In this document: positions 1-12,412 of the stretch, piece after piece
How the letters are laid out: every line of letters begins with the position of its first letter
Position numbering within the stretch: the first letter of the stretch is position 1
Program-made: the position numbers and the translations under genes
Assembly (NCBI RefSeq): GCF_001447785.1
Contig: NW_015176464.1
Coordinates: 248,001-312,000, forward strand
Origin: Gekko japonicus
Taxonomy: Eukaryota
Direction of reading: 5' to 3'
DNA length: 64,000 bases
Notes under the pieces: model-generated
Databases searched by the model: none
Told to the model about the DNA's origin: nothing
The model's input: the letters and a program-made list of their open reading frames with translations, nothing else

Positions 1-149
1 CTTTTTGTATTTCTCTGCTCTGTTATCTGTGTGATAGCTGAATTAGCTATTTGGAGGAACGTGGAGAGGTCAAAAATGGAAAACTGATTATAAAAACAAC
101 TTTTATTGAACAAAACAGAGACAAATAGAAGTCTTAATGTGTAATTGAA

Positions 150-3100
150 CTAAAAGTTGACCGTTTCCATCAGGGTGACTTTGCTTTCAATTACATCTTT
201 GAGCCACTTTTCTTTAAATCTGCACTCTCCTGGCCTACAAAAGACAAAATGGGGAAATTTGAGAGAGCAGTGGTACTGTATTCCAAAACTTAATCCATTG
301 TAAACAATGTTTGCTATTTCTTACAATTCCTGTGTGAAATATAACCAGATATAGAAGGTCAGGAAGCAGTCACCTCTATCCAACCAGTCTGCTCTGCAGT
401 ATTTGAAGCTTTCCTCCAAGAGGTTTTTCCTCTGATAGAAGAACTAGAGGTAAACTTTTTAAGTTGCCGAAAGGCATCAAAAGCTGCTGAGCAGATAAAA
501 ACCAACAGTGTGCAACATTTGGGATTATTAACATCTGCCAAACATAAGTTTTCCACGCAGATGTTTTCCTTGCTTATATCCAAGCAATTATCTGTAACTT
601 TTGCGGGTTTCAGTCTGGGGCAATTTCTCCACAGAATTAACCAGTATGTGGGTCTCAACACAGAGAGACTATTTCAAAGTTAATACATTTTCCTAAATGT
701 ATTTCATTATTGGTTTGAGAAGTTGGAAAAGTTGCCAAATTTTGTTGGGAGCTATTTAAACTCAGGAATCCAGTAGTGCTTTAAAAACTAACTGTTTATC
801 CTAGCATAAGATTGGTGTGTCAGAGCTCATTAAATCAATTGCATGTAGTAGCCATCTGTAATACCTTTAGCATAAGTATAGCTGCAATGGATGTATGATG
901 CATCAGATGAAGTGAGCTCTGACTCACAAATATTTATGGTGGAATAAATTTTGTTAGTTATTGTTCTAATACTAATTGTGCCATCCTAAGCATAGTTACA
1001 CCCTTCAAAGTCCATTGAAGTCAAAGGTTATAGATTTGCTTAGGATACCCTGTAACAGGGTTACCCCTCTGTAATTATTTAAACTCATGGAGCCTAACCA
1101 AAATATTCTGCTTTCATCTGTGAATTTAATGGTGAGGACTATTTATATCAGTAAATGAAAGTTGCAAATAACAATTGCTAAGGTCTTGAATGATTGCTGT
1201 TACTGTATCTCTCAGTAGCAGCAAGTTCATCTGTAAACATTAAAAGGCAACAGTGGTTATTTTCATGGAATAAAACACATCGGATTCCAGCAAATCAAAG
1301 AGTTGGATCTAACCAGCTTTTCTACTGGTGAAACGGAGAGGATTAGCCCCCCCCAGAAGGCTAGGCTGGAGATGATAGAACCTGCATTGACAAAAGGTAT
1401 GCAGGACTAGGATGGCAGGAAGGAAGGGAATGAAGTGCAATTGAAGGGAAAAGCTGGATGGATCCAATAGAAACTGTTTGTTTAGAACTTTTTGCATGAG
1501 AGGGGTTCTATCCACCCCCACTCCCACTGATAAGTATGATTACAAATCCATGAGATTTACTTAGCTGGAATTGTGTTCCTGTTGGATCTGTTGATATAAG
1601 ATGATTTTATCAATAGCAAAACATGAAGCAGGTTCCAATATGGATAGATACACAAGAACATAGTGTAAGTATAAATTATTTGACACTTAAGTAATTACAG
1701 GAAAATATCTACCTGTGTATGAACCTGTTTGTCTCTACTACAAAGAATACTTCAACAGGTAATGTCTGCAATAGATATCAAAATAGATGGTTAACACAAT
1801 GAGATCTTAAGGGTTTGATTTTACTACAAGAAACCCCTGGTATACAAGGCTTTTTAGTCCTCATGGAAACTGACAATCCTGGAAAAGTAATGGCCACATA
1901 CTCTCAGGTAAGAAGACCCGGTACATAATATGCTCTGATATACAAAGAGGGAGTTCTAGAGAATCCAAGCCCTGTTTGCAATCAACTCCCCCCCCCTTCA
2001 GTTTCTATCAATTTTATTCCCCAAAATTCAAACCTTTTTTGGTTGCTGCTACTACAGATGAAATGATTAAGGGCTTGGTTTCAGTTGCTTACAGATTTAT
2101 AGAAGGAAATGGATGTCATCAGATTGCTGCAAATGACCAGGCTTAGGGATCAGACAGATCTTTATTAAGGCACTCTAGGAATGCTTGTACTGTGTATATT
2201 CAGAAGAGAAGAGGCTGAAAGAATCAGAATACTTACAACCGGTTTGATTTTGGAAATCTCTATGATGAAATAGACATTTGCTGTTGCTCGGGGGATGGGC
2301 TTCCTACAGGTTGGGATGCTCCAGCGTACCCGATAATGATATCTAGTGCTGTACTGCAGTTCTTCTTCATCTAGATAGTTTATCCAGTGTAGCCAGCTCT
2401 TATGAAGCTCCCATGTCTGCAGAATAATCACAAGTCATTCTGAGGTTTTTTGGACAAGCTTCTTACCTTCATGGTCTAATTCTTGATTTATGATGTAATA
2501 GCACAACTCCATTTGTAATACAATGGGTGCAATCCAGAGGAAGTCAGGCATGCCCAAGGCTCACTGGGATCAGCAGGCCTTGAGGTGGAACTGTGAATCT
2601 AGACAGTTACTAGGGTTGCCAGGTCTGGGTTGGAAAATACCTGGAGACTGTGGGGGTGGGGGGAGGGGCCTCAGCATGGTAAAATGCCATAGAGTCCACC
2701 CTTCAAAGCAGCCATTTTATCCAGGGGAGCTGATCTCTGTCACCTGGAGATCAGATGTAAAAGTGGGAGATCTCCAGGCCCCACCTGGAGGCTGGCAACC
2801 CTAACAGTTACTTGGGTGTCAGTCCCATTGTTTCCTTTTCGATGAGGTTTGGAAGTGGCTTTCATCGGGCCAAGAACATTACTCTGTGCATCTAATGTAG
2901 CGATGGCACACCCAGCTGCAGGCTGGGAAAAGGGCAGGGGAGGAGGAGAGGAAGTCTGCGTGGGATCTCCACAGGGGTATTCTTGGGATCGTTGATCCTG
3001 GGCTAAAGTTTTGTTCTCCCTGAGGCATTTGTTGTGATTGAATGGTTCTCCATTAAAAAATGAAAATCCTGCATATAGACGTGTTCTCTAGGCATTAGTG

Positions 3101-4920
3101 AGATATTGTATGGAGGACTATTCAGTCATGTGAATGCTGAGTCTAAAGTGGACCAGCGCAGACACTGATTTGCCATCCAAGTGAGAATCGGGCCTAAGTC
3201 TCGCCTTTTTGTTTATGCACAATATAGACAGTCTCCTCTGTGCAGTCCAATGAGAAATCAGGCAGCTCGCACTTTTTAGCATTCTGACCAAAAAGTTGCG
3301 ACCAAATGCATCGAGATGATAAATATTTGGACCTTAACCAAATCAAAATATTATTAGAGGGTGATTTGATATTACAAACAACCATCTAATTCAGCTTGCA
3401 TTGCTGATCACCCAAAAACCACATATTTATCAAATCATAAACCACGTGTTTATAATTGATTTTCAACACGATGGGTAATATTCTACCATTCTGCTGAGCA
3501 AATGGTGGTACCTCCTTCCAGTGTAAGAAGCCTTCCTCCAGTGCAAGAGACTGAGCCCCTCTTTCCTTGGAGTAAAGCTCCTTGTTGGTGCCACCAAGGG
3601 AAGGTGTCACCAACCCCTTCACCCACCCTGCTTTTCCCGTCACTGATTCCCCTTTTTTACTATCGTTTCACAATTTATCTTTTTCATAGCAAGATACATT
3701 GTTTTCAGTTGGTTGTATCCTACTGTTCTACTCAGTTAACAGTGGCACCTTTGATTAGACTAAGAGTCCAAACATTTATCATCCGGAGATTGCCAGCCTC
3801 CAGGTGAGGCTTGGAGGTCTTCTGGCATTACAATTGATCTCCAGGCTACAGAGGTCAGTTCCCCTAGAGAAAGCAGTCACTTTGGAGGGTGGACCCCCTC
3901 TGTACCCTGGTGAAGTCCCTCTCCTCCCCAGGATCCACCCCCAAATCTCCAGGAATTTCCCAACCTGGAGGTAACAACTCTAGGTCAGTTTTGTGTTTCT
4001 GGGTTTTGTTTCTCAACTAAAATAAAAGTATTTCATCTTACTATCATCAACATAAAGCGTCAGTAAATAAGTACTTTTACATAAGTAGAAATGTTCCTTA
4101 ACAAAGCCAATATGAACTATTGACAACATTTAACAAATAAAATTTGTCTTTAGGGACTACTTGTAGAAGAAGAAGAAGAAAAGATTGGATTTATACCTCG
4201 CCCTTCACTTGGAGTCTCAGAGCGGCTTACAAATGCCTTTCCCTTCCCCTCCCCACAACAGACACTCTGTGAGGTAGGTGGGGCTGAGAGAACTCTGACA
4301 CAAACTGCTCTTTTCCAAGGACAGCTGTGCCAGAGCTTGTGACTGACCCAAGGTCACATCAGCAGGTGCAAGTGGAGGAGTGGGGAATCAAACCCGGTTC
4401 TCCCAGATTAGAGTCCGCACACTTAACCACTACACCAAACTGTAGGTACCTTTGACTAGCTACAGGCCTACATCTAGCCAGTTTCCAAGACTGAATTCAC
4501 ACATCCAACAAGGCTGGGTCTGTATGGCCCCTCCCAACTATGATTCTGTGAGTCTAAGTCCATAAATACCAGCCCTTCTCCTTACTCTCACGTATTCCTC
4601 AATCTGTAGCAGCCCCCTTGGTGTTGTGAAGTCCTTGCACATCAGCCACTTGATGTTTCTCACTTCATGTTTGGCTCCTGCAACTGAAGAAGGCATGGCT
4701 AAGTGCCCAGTGCAGATGGATTTCCCACCCTCTTAAAAATGTCAAAGGTAGTACCTGCCTCTTTAGGTCGTTCTTCTGTTTTCAGTTGTTCTTCTGTAAC
4801 AACTGGCACGGCACTTTCTTCTGTAACAACCTGCGCGGCGCTTTTGATCACATCGTCAACTATTATATATGCGAGCTCCGAGACAGAGTCAAAGGGAATT
4901 TCTGGGTTTTTCCAGGCCAT
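150..4920 (-). CDS. AKAP14: A-kinase anchor protein 14 (AKAP28 family), 5 coding exons, ~193 aa
   Basis: Exons (minus): 4920-4755 (MAWKNPEIPFDSVSELAYIIVDDVIKSAAQVV...), 4683-4586 (VAGAKHEVRNIKWLMCKDFTTPRGLLQIEEYVR), 2416-2237 (TWELHKSWLHWINYL...ATANVYFIIEISKIKPV), 1765-1713 (TLPVEVFFVVETNRFIHR), 234-150 (PGECRFKEKWLKDVIESKVTLMETVNF*). All GT-AG with compatible phases; AATAAA at 107-102; syntenic with NDUFA1. Confidence 0.9.
2611..2803. mobile_element. hAT-type MITE with TAGGGTTGCCA TIRs (abundant family; other copies ~3787-3983, 8982-9191, 10480-10662, 12814-13240, 29128-29337, 42288-42497)
   Basis: TAGGGTTGCCA...TGGCAACCCTA with 8-bp TSD ACAGTTAC (2603-2610, 2804-2811). Confidence 0.8.
4167..4440 (-). 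mobile_element. tRNA-derived SINE (Squam3-like, L2-type tail)
   Basis: Head GTTTGGTGTAGTGGTTAAGTG...GGTTTGATTCCC, (TTC)n tail, TGTAG target-site duplication. Confidence 0.85.
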
Positions 4921-5099
4921 TGTTCTCAACCCTCCAAAAAGAGAAAAAACAAATGCATGAGATCGCATGGGACTGTGAGGTTGTTCAGCAGGGAGGAGAG
5001 CAAGTGCTTTGTGGTAGGCAAGGCTCTTGTATACCCAGCAGTAATAAACAACAGGATTTTGCACCAGGAAAAGTTAAATAATTTTACCTGGTATAACAA

Positions 5100-6790
5100 A
5101 TTTAGAGTCCAGTGGCACCTTTAAGACCAACAAAGGTTTATTCAAGGTATGAGCTTTTGTGTGCATGCACACTTTGTCAAATACATTGGAAAGGAAGCTA
5201 GATTTCAAATTTATAGATGCAGACTGAACAGCAAATTAACATGTAGATGCTCTGAGATATTCAAAGTGAAACTAAATAAGCTAAGGTTATAAGGTCAACA
5301 GTTGTTTTGATTTAATTAAGAAGGGGAAAGGACAGCAAGGTAATAAATATGTCAAAATAGGGGATAAATGTGGGAAGGCATCTTTTCTAACTGTGGGAGG
5401 TAAACTGAGAGTCACCATTCGTCTCCTCTCAGGTGTGGAGTTAATTTAACACCAAAACATTCCATTATAACTTGCATTACATTCTAGTATACTATTCTGA
5501 AAAATAAATACACTAAAATACAGAAGATGTATAGTCCTCCTTGTTGAGAATACATATGTGAGGACTGAATGGGTTAGCATACGTAATGGGATAAGAAACC
5601 AATATCCCTGTTGACTCCTGGGGATATGTTTGTTCCAAGTGTTGTAGAAAAGAAGAAGAGATTGGATTTATACCCCGCCCTTCACTTGGAGTCTCAGAAT
5701 GGCTTACAAACTCTTTTCCCTTCCCCTCCCCACAACAAACACTCTGTGAGGTGGGTGAGGCTGAGAGAACTCTGACACAAACTGCTCTTTTTCAAGGACA
5801 GCTGTGCCAGAGCTTGTGACTGACCCAAGGTCACATCAGCAGGTGCAAGTGGAGGAGTGGGGAATCAAACCCGGTTCTCCCAGATTAGAGTTCGCGCACT
5901 TAACCACTACACCAAACTGTAATAACTTGTAATTCAGCAATCTCTCTTTCCATTCTGTTCCTGAAGTTCCTTTGTCATTCATTAAATGTCCTGAAAGGCT
6001 GAAGTGTTTTCCTACAGGTTTCTCAGTCTTGTGATTCCTGATGTCAGATTTGTGTCCATTTATCCTCTGGTGTAGGGTTTGTCCTGTTTGTCCTATGTAG
6101 AGAACCGAAGGGCATATACAATGTTAGAATATATACCTGGTATATGAGGTTGGATCCAACAAAGTTTTTCATTGGTGGAAAAGGGAGTAGGGGGACTCCT
6201 GTGATCCCCCAAAAAAGGATGTGCTGTGGATCAGATATATAAGGCACTTTGAGGTGGATCAGGGAGTTCCTGAGATCTTGACAGCCATTTATTTTCTCAG
6301 GGAAGACAGCAGTAAAATGCACCAAGAGGTCAGAAAGAGCAAGAGATGAGTTTCCACTGGGAGATAGCCATTTGCTCATCTGCTAGACAGACAGGATGGA
6401 TAGCTGTTGTTAAACATGATCTGGGTATGAAGATGCATGCAGCAAATACTACATATGTTCGGAGAGAGTTTGGAGTGTATTGTCCTATGAGGGGCAGGAC
6501 CACTAAATCTGCATTAGAGGTTCCTGACAACTAAGACAGGAAGAATTAAAAAGGTTGACTCGTCTATTAGTTCTCTGTTCAAATGCTTTTACCAGATGCA
6601 ATGGTCAAATGCTGGGAGCCAGATTCCAGGTAGTAGTATAGGGTTCTGGATGTGTTTTTGTTCCATGACAGCCAGGTGGGCTGTTAGAGGTAACTGTTCT
6701 ATATTCTCAACTTGGCTTATGTTTTATGTTGTTTTCCTTAGATGTGTAACCACTAGGCTTGATGGTACCTATTTCCCATGTATGTGCTCT
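5100..6790 (-). mobile_element. Degenerate Penelope-like retroelement (GIY-YIG endonuclease plus terminal repeat), interrupted by a SINE
   Basis: Minus-strand translation near 5940-6105 gives LYIGQTGQTLHQRINGHKSDIRNHKTEKPVGKHF...RNRMEREIAELQVI; PLE-type terminal sequence GAGTCCAGTGGCACCTTTAAGACCAACAAA at ~5105. Boundaries approximate. Confidence 0.7.
5647..5918 (-). mobile_element. Squam3-like SINE inserted into the Penelope element
   Basis: Near-identical to 4167-4440; TGTA flanks; splits the GIY-YIG C-terminus. Confidence 0.85.
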
Positions 6791-9474
6791 AGCTTATTGA
6801 ATAGTAAGGTGGTGTTAGCCGGCGAAACGGAATGTCCAGCTCGTAAGCTCGTACACCTGGAAAGATCTCTTCAGCATTAAGAAGCCTGCGATGGGCCAAT
6901 CCGGCCAGGCGGTGGCAGTGCGACGCTGCGACTCGAAGCAGTCCTGGAAAAACTGACGTCATCAAGCCAAGCCGAGTGAATGCCGTCTGGAACACGTCTA
7001 AGTCTACAGCTAAACAAAAACCCCATCGGCTGCAAATGTGTGCGACTTAAAAGATTTATATGTTGTCCTCCCTTACCCCCTATGAATCATTGTTAGTCCC
7101 GTGTTAATATGTGTAACTGTAAATCGCTCAGAGCCAGCAGCTCTGCAGGATTGAGCGATTAATAAATCAAAAGATATTATTATAATATATATAATAATGT
7201 ATTTTCCTGTTTAAGAAAGCAGATTGAGTTTCAGCTCCTCCCCACAACACCTTAGATTGTTCACTGTGCTCATATGCACGCACAAGGGGAGGGGAGTTTA
7301 AGTAGTTTTAGCTTTGCCATTTGTAAAAAAGGCTCAGAGACAACCTTTACCAGGGTTCCCTAAGGCACTGGAAGTGTAGAAAGGGAAACATGCTTTACAC
7401 GTAGGCAAGCACATAACACACAGACCCAGGATGGGTTTATGACAAGCTATATCATGGGCCCTGCATGGAGAAAAGGGATGGGGGATGTAGTGAGGAGAGT
7501 AATTAGGTGAGACTGAGTAAAAATGCTGGCTGGATCCAATCCATGCTATGCAAGTCAATCCCATCTGCATACAGTTCTGCTTAATTTTGCATTCTTTGTC
7601 CTGTTTCTGCTAAGGAAAGCATCAAAGAGCTGTGTGGGTTGTGGAGGCCCCAGCCCTGGACCCTGACTGCTGGAGATTATGCTCAGTTGCTTTTTGAGAC
7701 ACTCACTATTTTTGTTACCAGTCCCTATTTCTATTTACCGATTGCTGTTTAACTACTTGCTTTTCCAAATTTCTCTTTAAACCCTGCCAATTACGAAGAA
7801 GTGTAAAGTGAAAAAGAGATAGTGAAACTGACAGGCACATGCAAAATCAGACCAGTGAAGGTTACTAAATACATCAGTTAGGCTGATGCTTGAATAGAAT
7901 GTAAGAATCTTCATAAAGGGAAGGAAGAGAGGCGGGATGACAGTGGGAGTTAGAGAGAGCAGCAAAGAGTTTGTTGAAACAGCCTGCACTTGTAATCCAT
8001 CGTGGAAAGACTAGAATGATATCTACTTTTGGGCTAGACTCAACTTGCCAGGTTCATCCTGGTGACCAGTGGGAGACTGGGGGTGGGGTGGAGATATGGA
8101 AAAGTGAACATTGGCAACAGTGCAACATCACTTCCAGTAAGTCCTCTTTAGGAATTGACTGAAACACTATGATAAAACCATGGAGTTTTTCAGCATTTCC
8201 TAGAGAGGACTAATGTCACTTCCAGATTTTCCTGGAAGTGATGTCATTACTTCTGTGCTGCTGCTCTTTGTTTTTTTGTTTTTCTGGTTTTCCCCTGTCA
8301 CTGCTTGGAGCAGCAGTGGACAATGGGAGCTCTAGGTGGGGCATCCCCCTCCCCAGCCAAGGGGAATACCATCCCTATCCAGAGGGCATATAGCAACCCT
8401 AGGCTGGAGCCATGATGATGTTTGCCAACCCAAAAGCAGAACAAAAGGTATGTAAAAAATACAATAGTTCTATCACAGTATTAATTGCGCAAGCTATAAG
8501 CAATATACATTCATTTTTATATTTTTTATTTATTTATTCGATTTATACCCTACCCTCCCTGCCAAAGTAGGCTTAGGGGAGGACAATGTGAGAACAATCA
8601 AGTGAAGGTTGGTTGGTGTGTACGCATAAAGTCAAGCTTCAGGGGTGCTCTGTAGGTGAATCAAAAAGGAGACATAAGATTTTGTGAAGTCAGCCCAGTT
8701 CATCCTGTTGTCAGATACAGAGACTGTAACAGCGTCAAAGAGCGGCTGTTTCACGGCATAAAACTAGGCTCGCCTCTGAGTGTACACTCAACACGGAACT
8801 GCAGCCAGTTCTGGTTCCCAAACGCAACACTAGATCATGCTGCATTCACACATTATATTTTCAAGCACAGACTTTCAAACTTCTTAACTTACTTAGAAGT
8901 ATCATGTGTAACACAAGATTATTAGCATGAACTATCTTATTCCTCTGCATTCCTTCAGTCCTTCATTCTTCTTAACACTTAAGGTTGCCGATCTCCAGGT
9001 GGTGGCTGGAGATCTCCCAGAATTACTACTCGTCTCCAGACAACGGAGACCAGTTTCCCTGGAGCAAATGGCTGCCTTGGCAGGTGGACTGTGTGGCATT
9101 ACACCCCACAGAGGTCCCTCCCCAATCTGCACCTTCTCCAGGCTCCACCCCCAAGTCTCCAGGTATTTCCCAACCCAGAGCTGGCAACCTGTACACTCCA
9201 CCGCAACTGCTCATGAAGAAACAGACAGCCCCTGACACAAGAAGGTAGATGTCATAGAAATAGTGATCAAGCCCGCTTCACTGGGCATCAGATTGATCAC
9301 TCAGCACTTCTTCCCCAAAGTGGCTTGGGGACGTTTAATTACCTGCCTGAAGGCACCTTCCAGGTGCTTTTCTCTTGTGATGGGATCTGCTTTATTTCTC
9401 CCAGGGAAGCTTCTTCCCAGCGCTCATTATGCAGTGGGCTGGCTGGCTTCCCTAGTAAGTGTTTGATCACAATC

Positions 9475-9488
9475 GTCACCCAGGCAAC
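9475..9488. promoter_or_regulatory. Candidate RFX X-box of the AKAP14 promoter
   Basis: GTCACC-CA-GGCAAC fits GTNRCC(N0-3)RGYAAC; CCAAT nearby (~9499) and a minus-strand splice donor at 9343/9342. Confidence 0.4.
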
Positions 9489-9739
9489 ACCGGTTCCGCC
9501 AATGGAATGACAGCATTGATGTACAGGCATTCCATCCTGCTTAAAAGAAATGTGCCGCTGAAGAACGGTTTGTTGTGCGCATCAAATGTTATCACTGGGC
9601 AGAAGGAGAGGCCAGAAGATCACTGCCAATTTCGAAGTGGTGCAGAAGGATCTTTACCCTCTCTGCATTGCTAAATGTTGGCTGGGCAGTGTTGGAAACA
9701 GAAAGCAACATGGATTTTGGCCTCATCTATCAGGGCAGT

Positions 9740-10089
9740 AAGGAGCTGCGGTGGCTCAAGTGGTTAAGACGCTGAACTGCAGGCTGTGGAAGGTCGGTAG
9801 TTCAGCAGTTCGAGACCTGAGTTGCTGCATGACGGAGTGAGCTCCCGTCTCTAGTTCCAGCTCCTGCCAACCTAGCAGTTCGAAAGCAAGAAATTGCAAG
9901 TAGATAAATAGGTACCACTTTGGTGGGAAGGTAACAGCGTTCTGTGCGCCTTGGTGTTTAGTCATGCCGGCCACATGACCATGGAAACGTCTTCAGACAG
10001 CGCTGGCTCTTCGGCTTTGAAACGGAGATGAGCACCGCAACCCTAGAGTCGGATTCGACTGGCTTTCGAGCAAGGGAACCTTTACCTTT
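9740..10089 (+). mobile_element. Sauria SINE, full length
   Basis: tRNA-like head, core CCTGCCAACCTAGCAGTTCGAAAGCA, (ACCTTT)n tail; 12-bp TSD TATCAGGGCAGT at 9728-9739 and 10090-10101. Confidence 0.9.
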
Positions 10090-12412
10090 TATCAGGGCAG
10101 TCCCATATTGGGGGGGGGGGGGGACGACCCTGAAAGCAACAGTACTGTACCACTAATAAACCACAGGGAGGTATGTTAGTTTGTTGTGGCCAAAACCACC
10201 AAGGTATGGTATTGGTCAAAGTGGATTTTGACTCACAAATGTTTATGTTACAATAAATGTGTTAGTCTTTGAGATGCAACAAGATTTTTTCGCTGTTTTA
10301 GAAGTATTGCGTTCATCAGGACCAGCTATAATACTTCTTTACTAATTTGTAATGATTGAGGCCTGATTTCAAAGAAAGAACTCACCCATGCAACTTTGCA
10401 CTCACGTAACGTCTTTTTTAAACTTGGCTGCTACCCATGCAAAGTAACTAATCACAATGCTAGCATGACTCCCATCTGTCAGAATTACACTGGATCTCCA
10501 CACTACAAAAATGAGCTCCCCTGGAGAAAATGGAAGTGTTAAAGGCTGGAGTCTATGACATCACTTCCCCACACCAAGTCCCTTCCCTTTCCCAGACTCT
10601 GCTCTTCCCAGGCACCACCTCCCAATCTCCAGGATTTTTCCAGTCTGGAGCTGGCAACTCTACTTGTACATCTCTGCGCGAGCCACTGCTCTGGTCTTTC
10701 TTCAGCTAATTAGATGAGTTAATCCTGCAGACACATGTGGGGGGGGGGTAGGCTCCCCGGCAGGTGGGCATTTTTTGTTCTCATTCTAAAAGTATCCCTG
10801 TAAGAGTTAATTCTGCTTCCAATTTTAGTGTTTTTTAAAGTATTTTTCGGAACTGTGAAATTATGACCACATGGTTTTTAATGTGACACTTGTAAAAACA
10901 CCCTAATTTTTTTCCCCATTTCTACAGCTTGTGACAGGAAATCTGGGTTTCAGCTTTAATCAATTTCCAAGCTCAGACCCACTTCCTTTGCAGTGAGGTG
11001 CTAGATTTCCCACAGCAAGCGGGTGGGGTGCTTTGTAGAGAGACTGTTCTCTCACTCCCTGCAAAAGACAAACTCAGACAGGAAGCGTGATGAGTTGGTC
11101 ATGGGCTAGCATGTCCAGTTCTGTCACCCTTTGCAATTTGCTGTTTTAGTCATTCCTATGACATCCCAGAATTGATGAAGGTAGTTCTCAGGTGGCAGGC
11201 ATATTTGTCTGCTTTTTCTTTTCCCTCCAATCCTTATCGGCTAAGATACCAGTGAGAACAATTGTGTATTTGTTCTTCTCAAGCTACAAAGCAAACAAAG
11301 GTGACTTTGAAGTTTGCCAGAGCAGCCAATGACATGGAGACTTTGAAGAGAGGGTTCAGTCTTTTCAGGGTAATGCCCAGGAATTACAGAAATGTACCCA
11401 TGCTTGTGGGCTACTCTCACCTGCAAACTCTTGATCTCTTTGGTTCAGCATCCACATATTAGTACCTCTTTGCCTTGAAAGCAGTTTAAAGTGGGAGCTG
11501 GGAAAAGGAACTTTAAAACATCTTCAAATATATTTTGGAAAGGACTTTGGAGTGATATATTACATCTAATGAAGAGCTGATGCAGCAGAGAGACTAGAAT
11601 TCTGAGTCTGGACCCAAGTCCTGTGTTCAAACGTCACTGCAATCATGAACTTGCCTACCTTTACAGAGTGGCTGCAAACATTATGTGATGTGAAGTTTTC
11701 AGTAACAGCAGCAAAGCATATGAAGCCCTCCCGAAGGAGGTCTGCTTGGCAGGCTTATAGAATTGCTTAAAACTATTCGTTTTTCTTTTTGTCTGTCTCC
11801 AATTTAATTGCTTTTGTCAGTTATTTTGAAGTTTTTAGTTCTGATTGATCTTCAACTTCTAGATGAATGTTGGAACACTCAGGTATTCTCTGGATGCTTT
11901 AGCAAATTTTGCATGCATAAACATTGAAATCATGAGAACTAGAGTTAAAACATGAAAGTAGAGAGTCACTTCCATGTAGGGGAAAGTGTGTAAATTGCAC
12001 ATAATTATTTCACTATATACAGACTCCAGAAAGCAACACCCCCCCATTGGGTACATGCCATGAAGCAGGCGCATTCAACGGTCATGCTGTTTCGGACACA
12101 GAAGAAGTCCTTTTTAGTGGAGGTAGTTTGGTATCCTTTCAAGGGGGCAAAGCACCGTGTAATCTTTAACTGTGCAAATTCCTAAATCCATCTCCTTATT
12201 TTTCCCTGAGAGGAAACCTAGTTCCCAGTAAAAAGAAGGGACATGTGAGCAAGAGGTTGTTTGTATCCAAAATGGGCAGAAAATGAAATTGTTATGGCTC
12301 AATGACTCAGCAGGGCCCTCCCTTTCATTTTAAAGATTTTTTCCTCAAGCCTCAGAGAGTTAATTATTGAGATCAAGGAGAGCAGGCATAACAACTCCTT
12401 TTCTCCTTGGCT

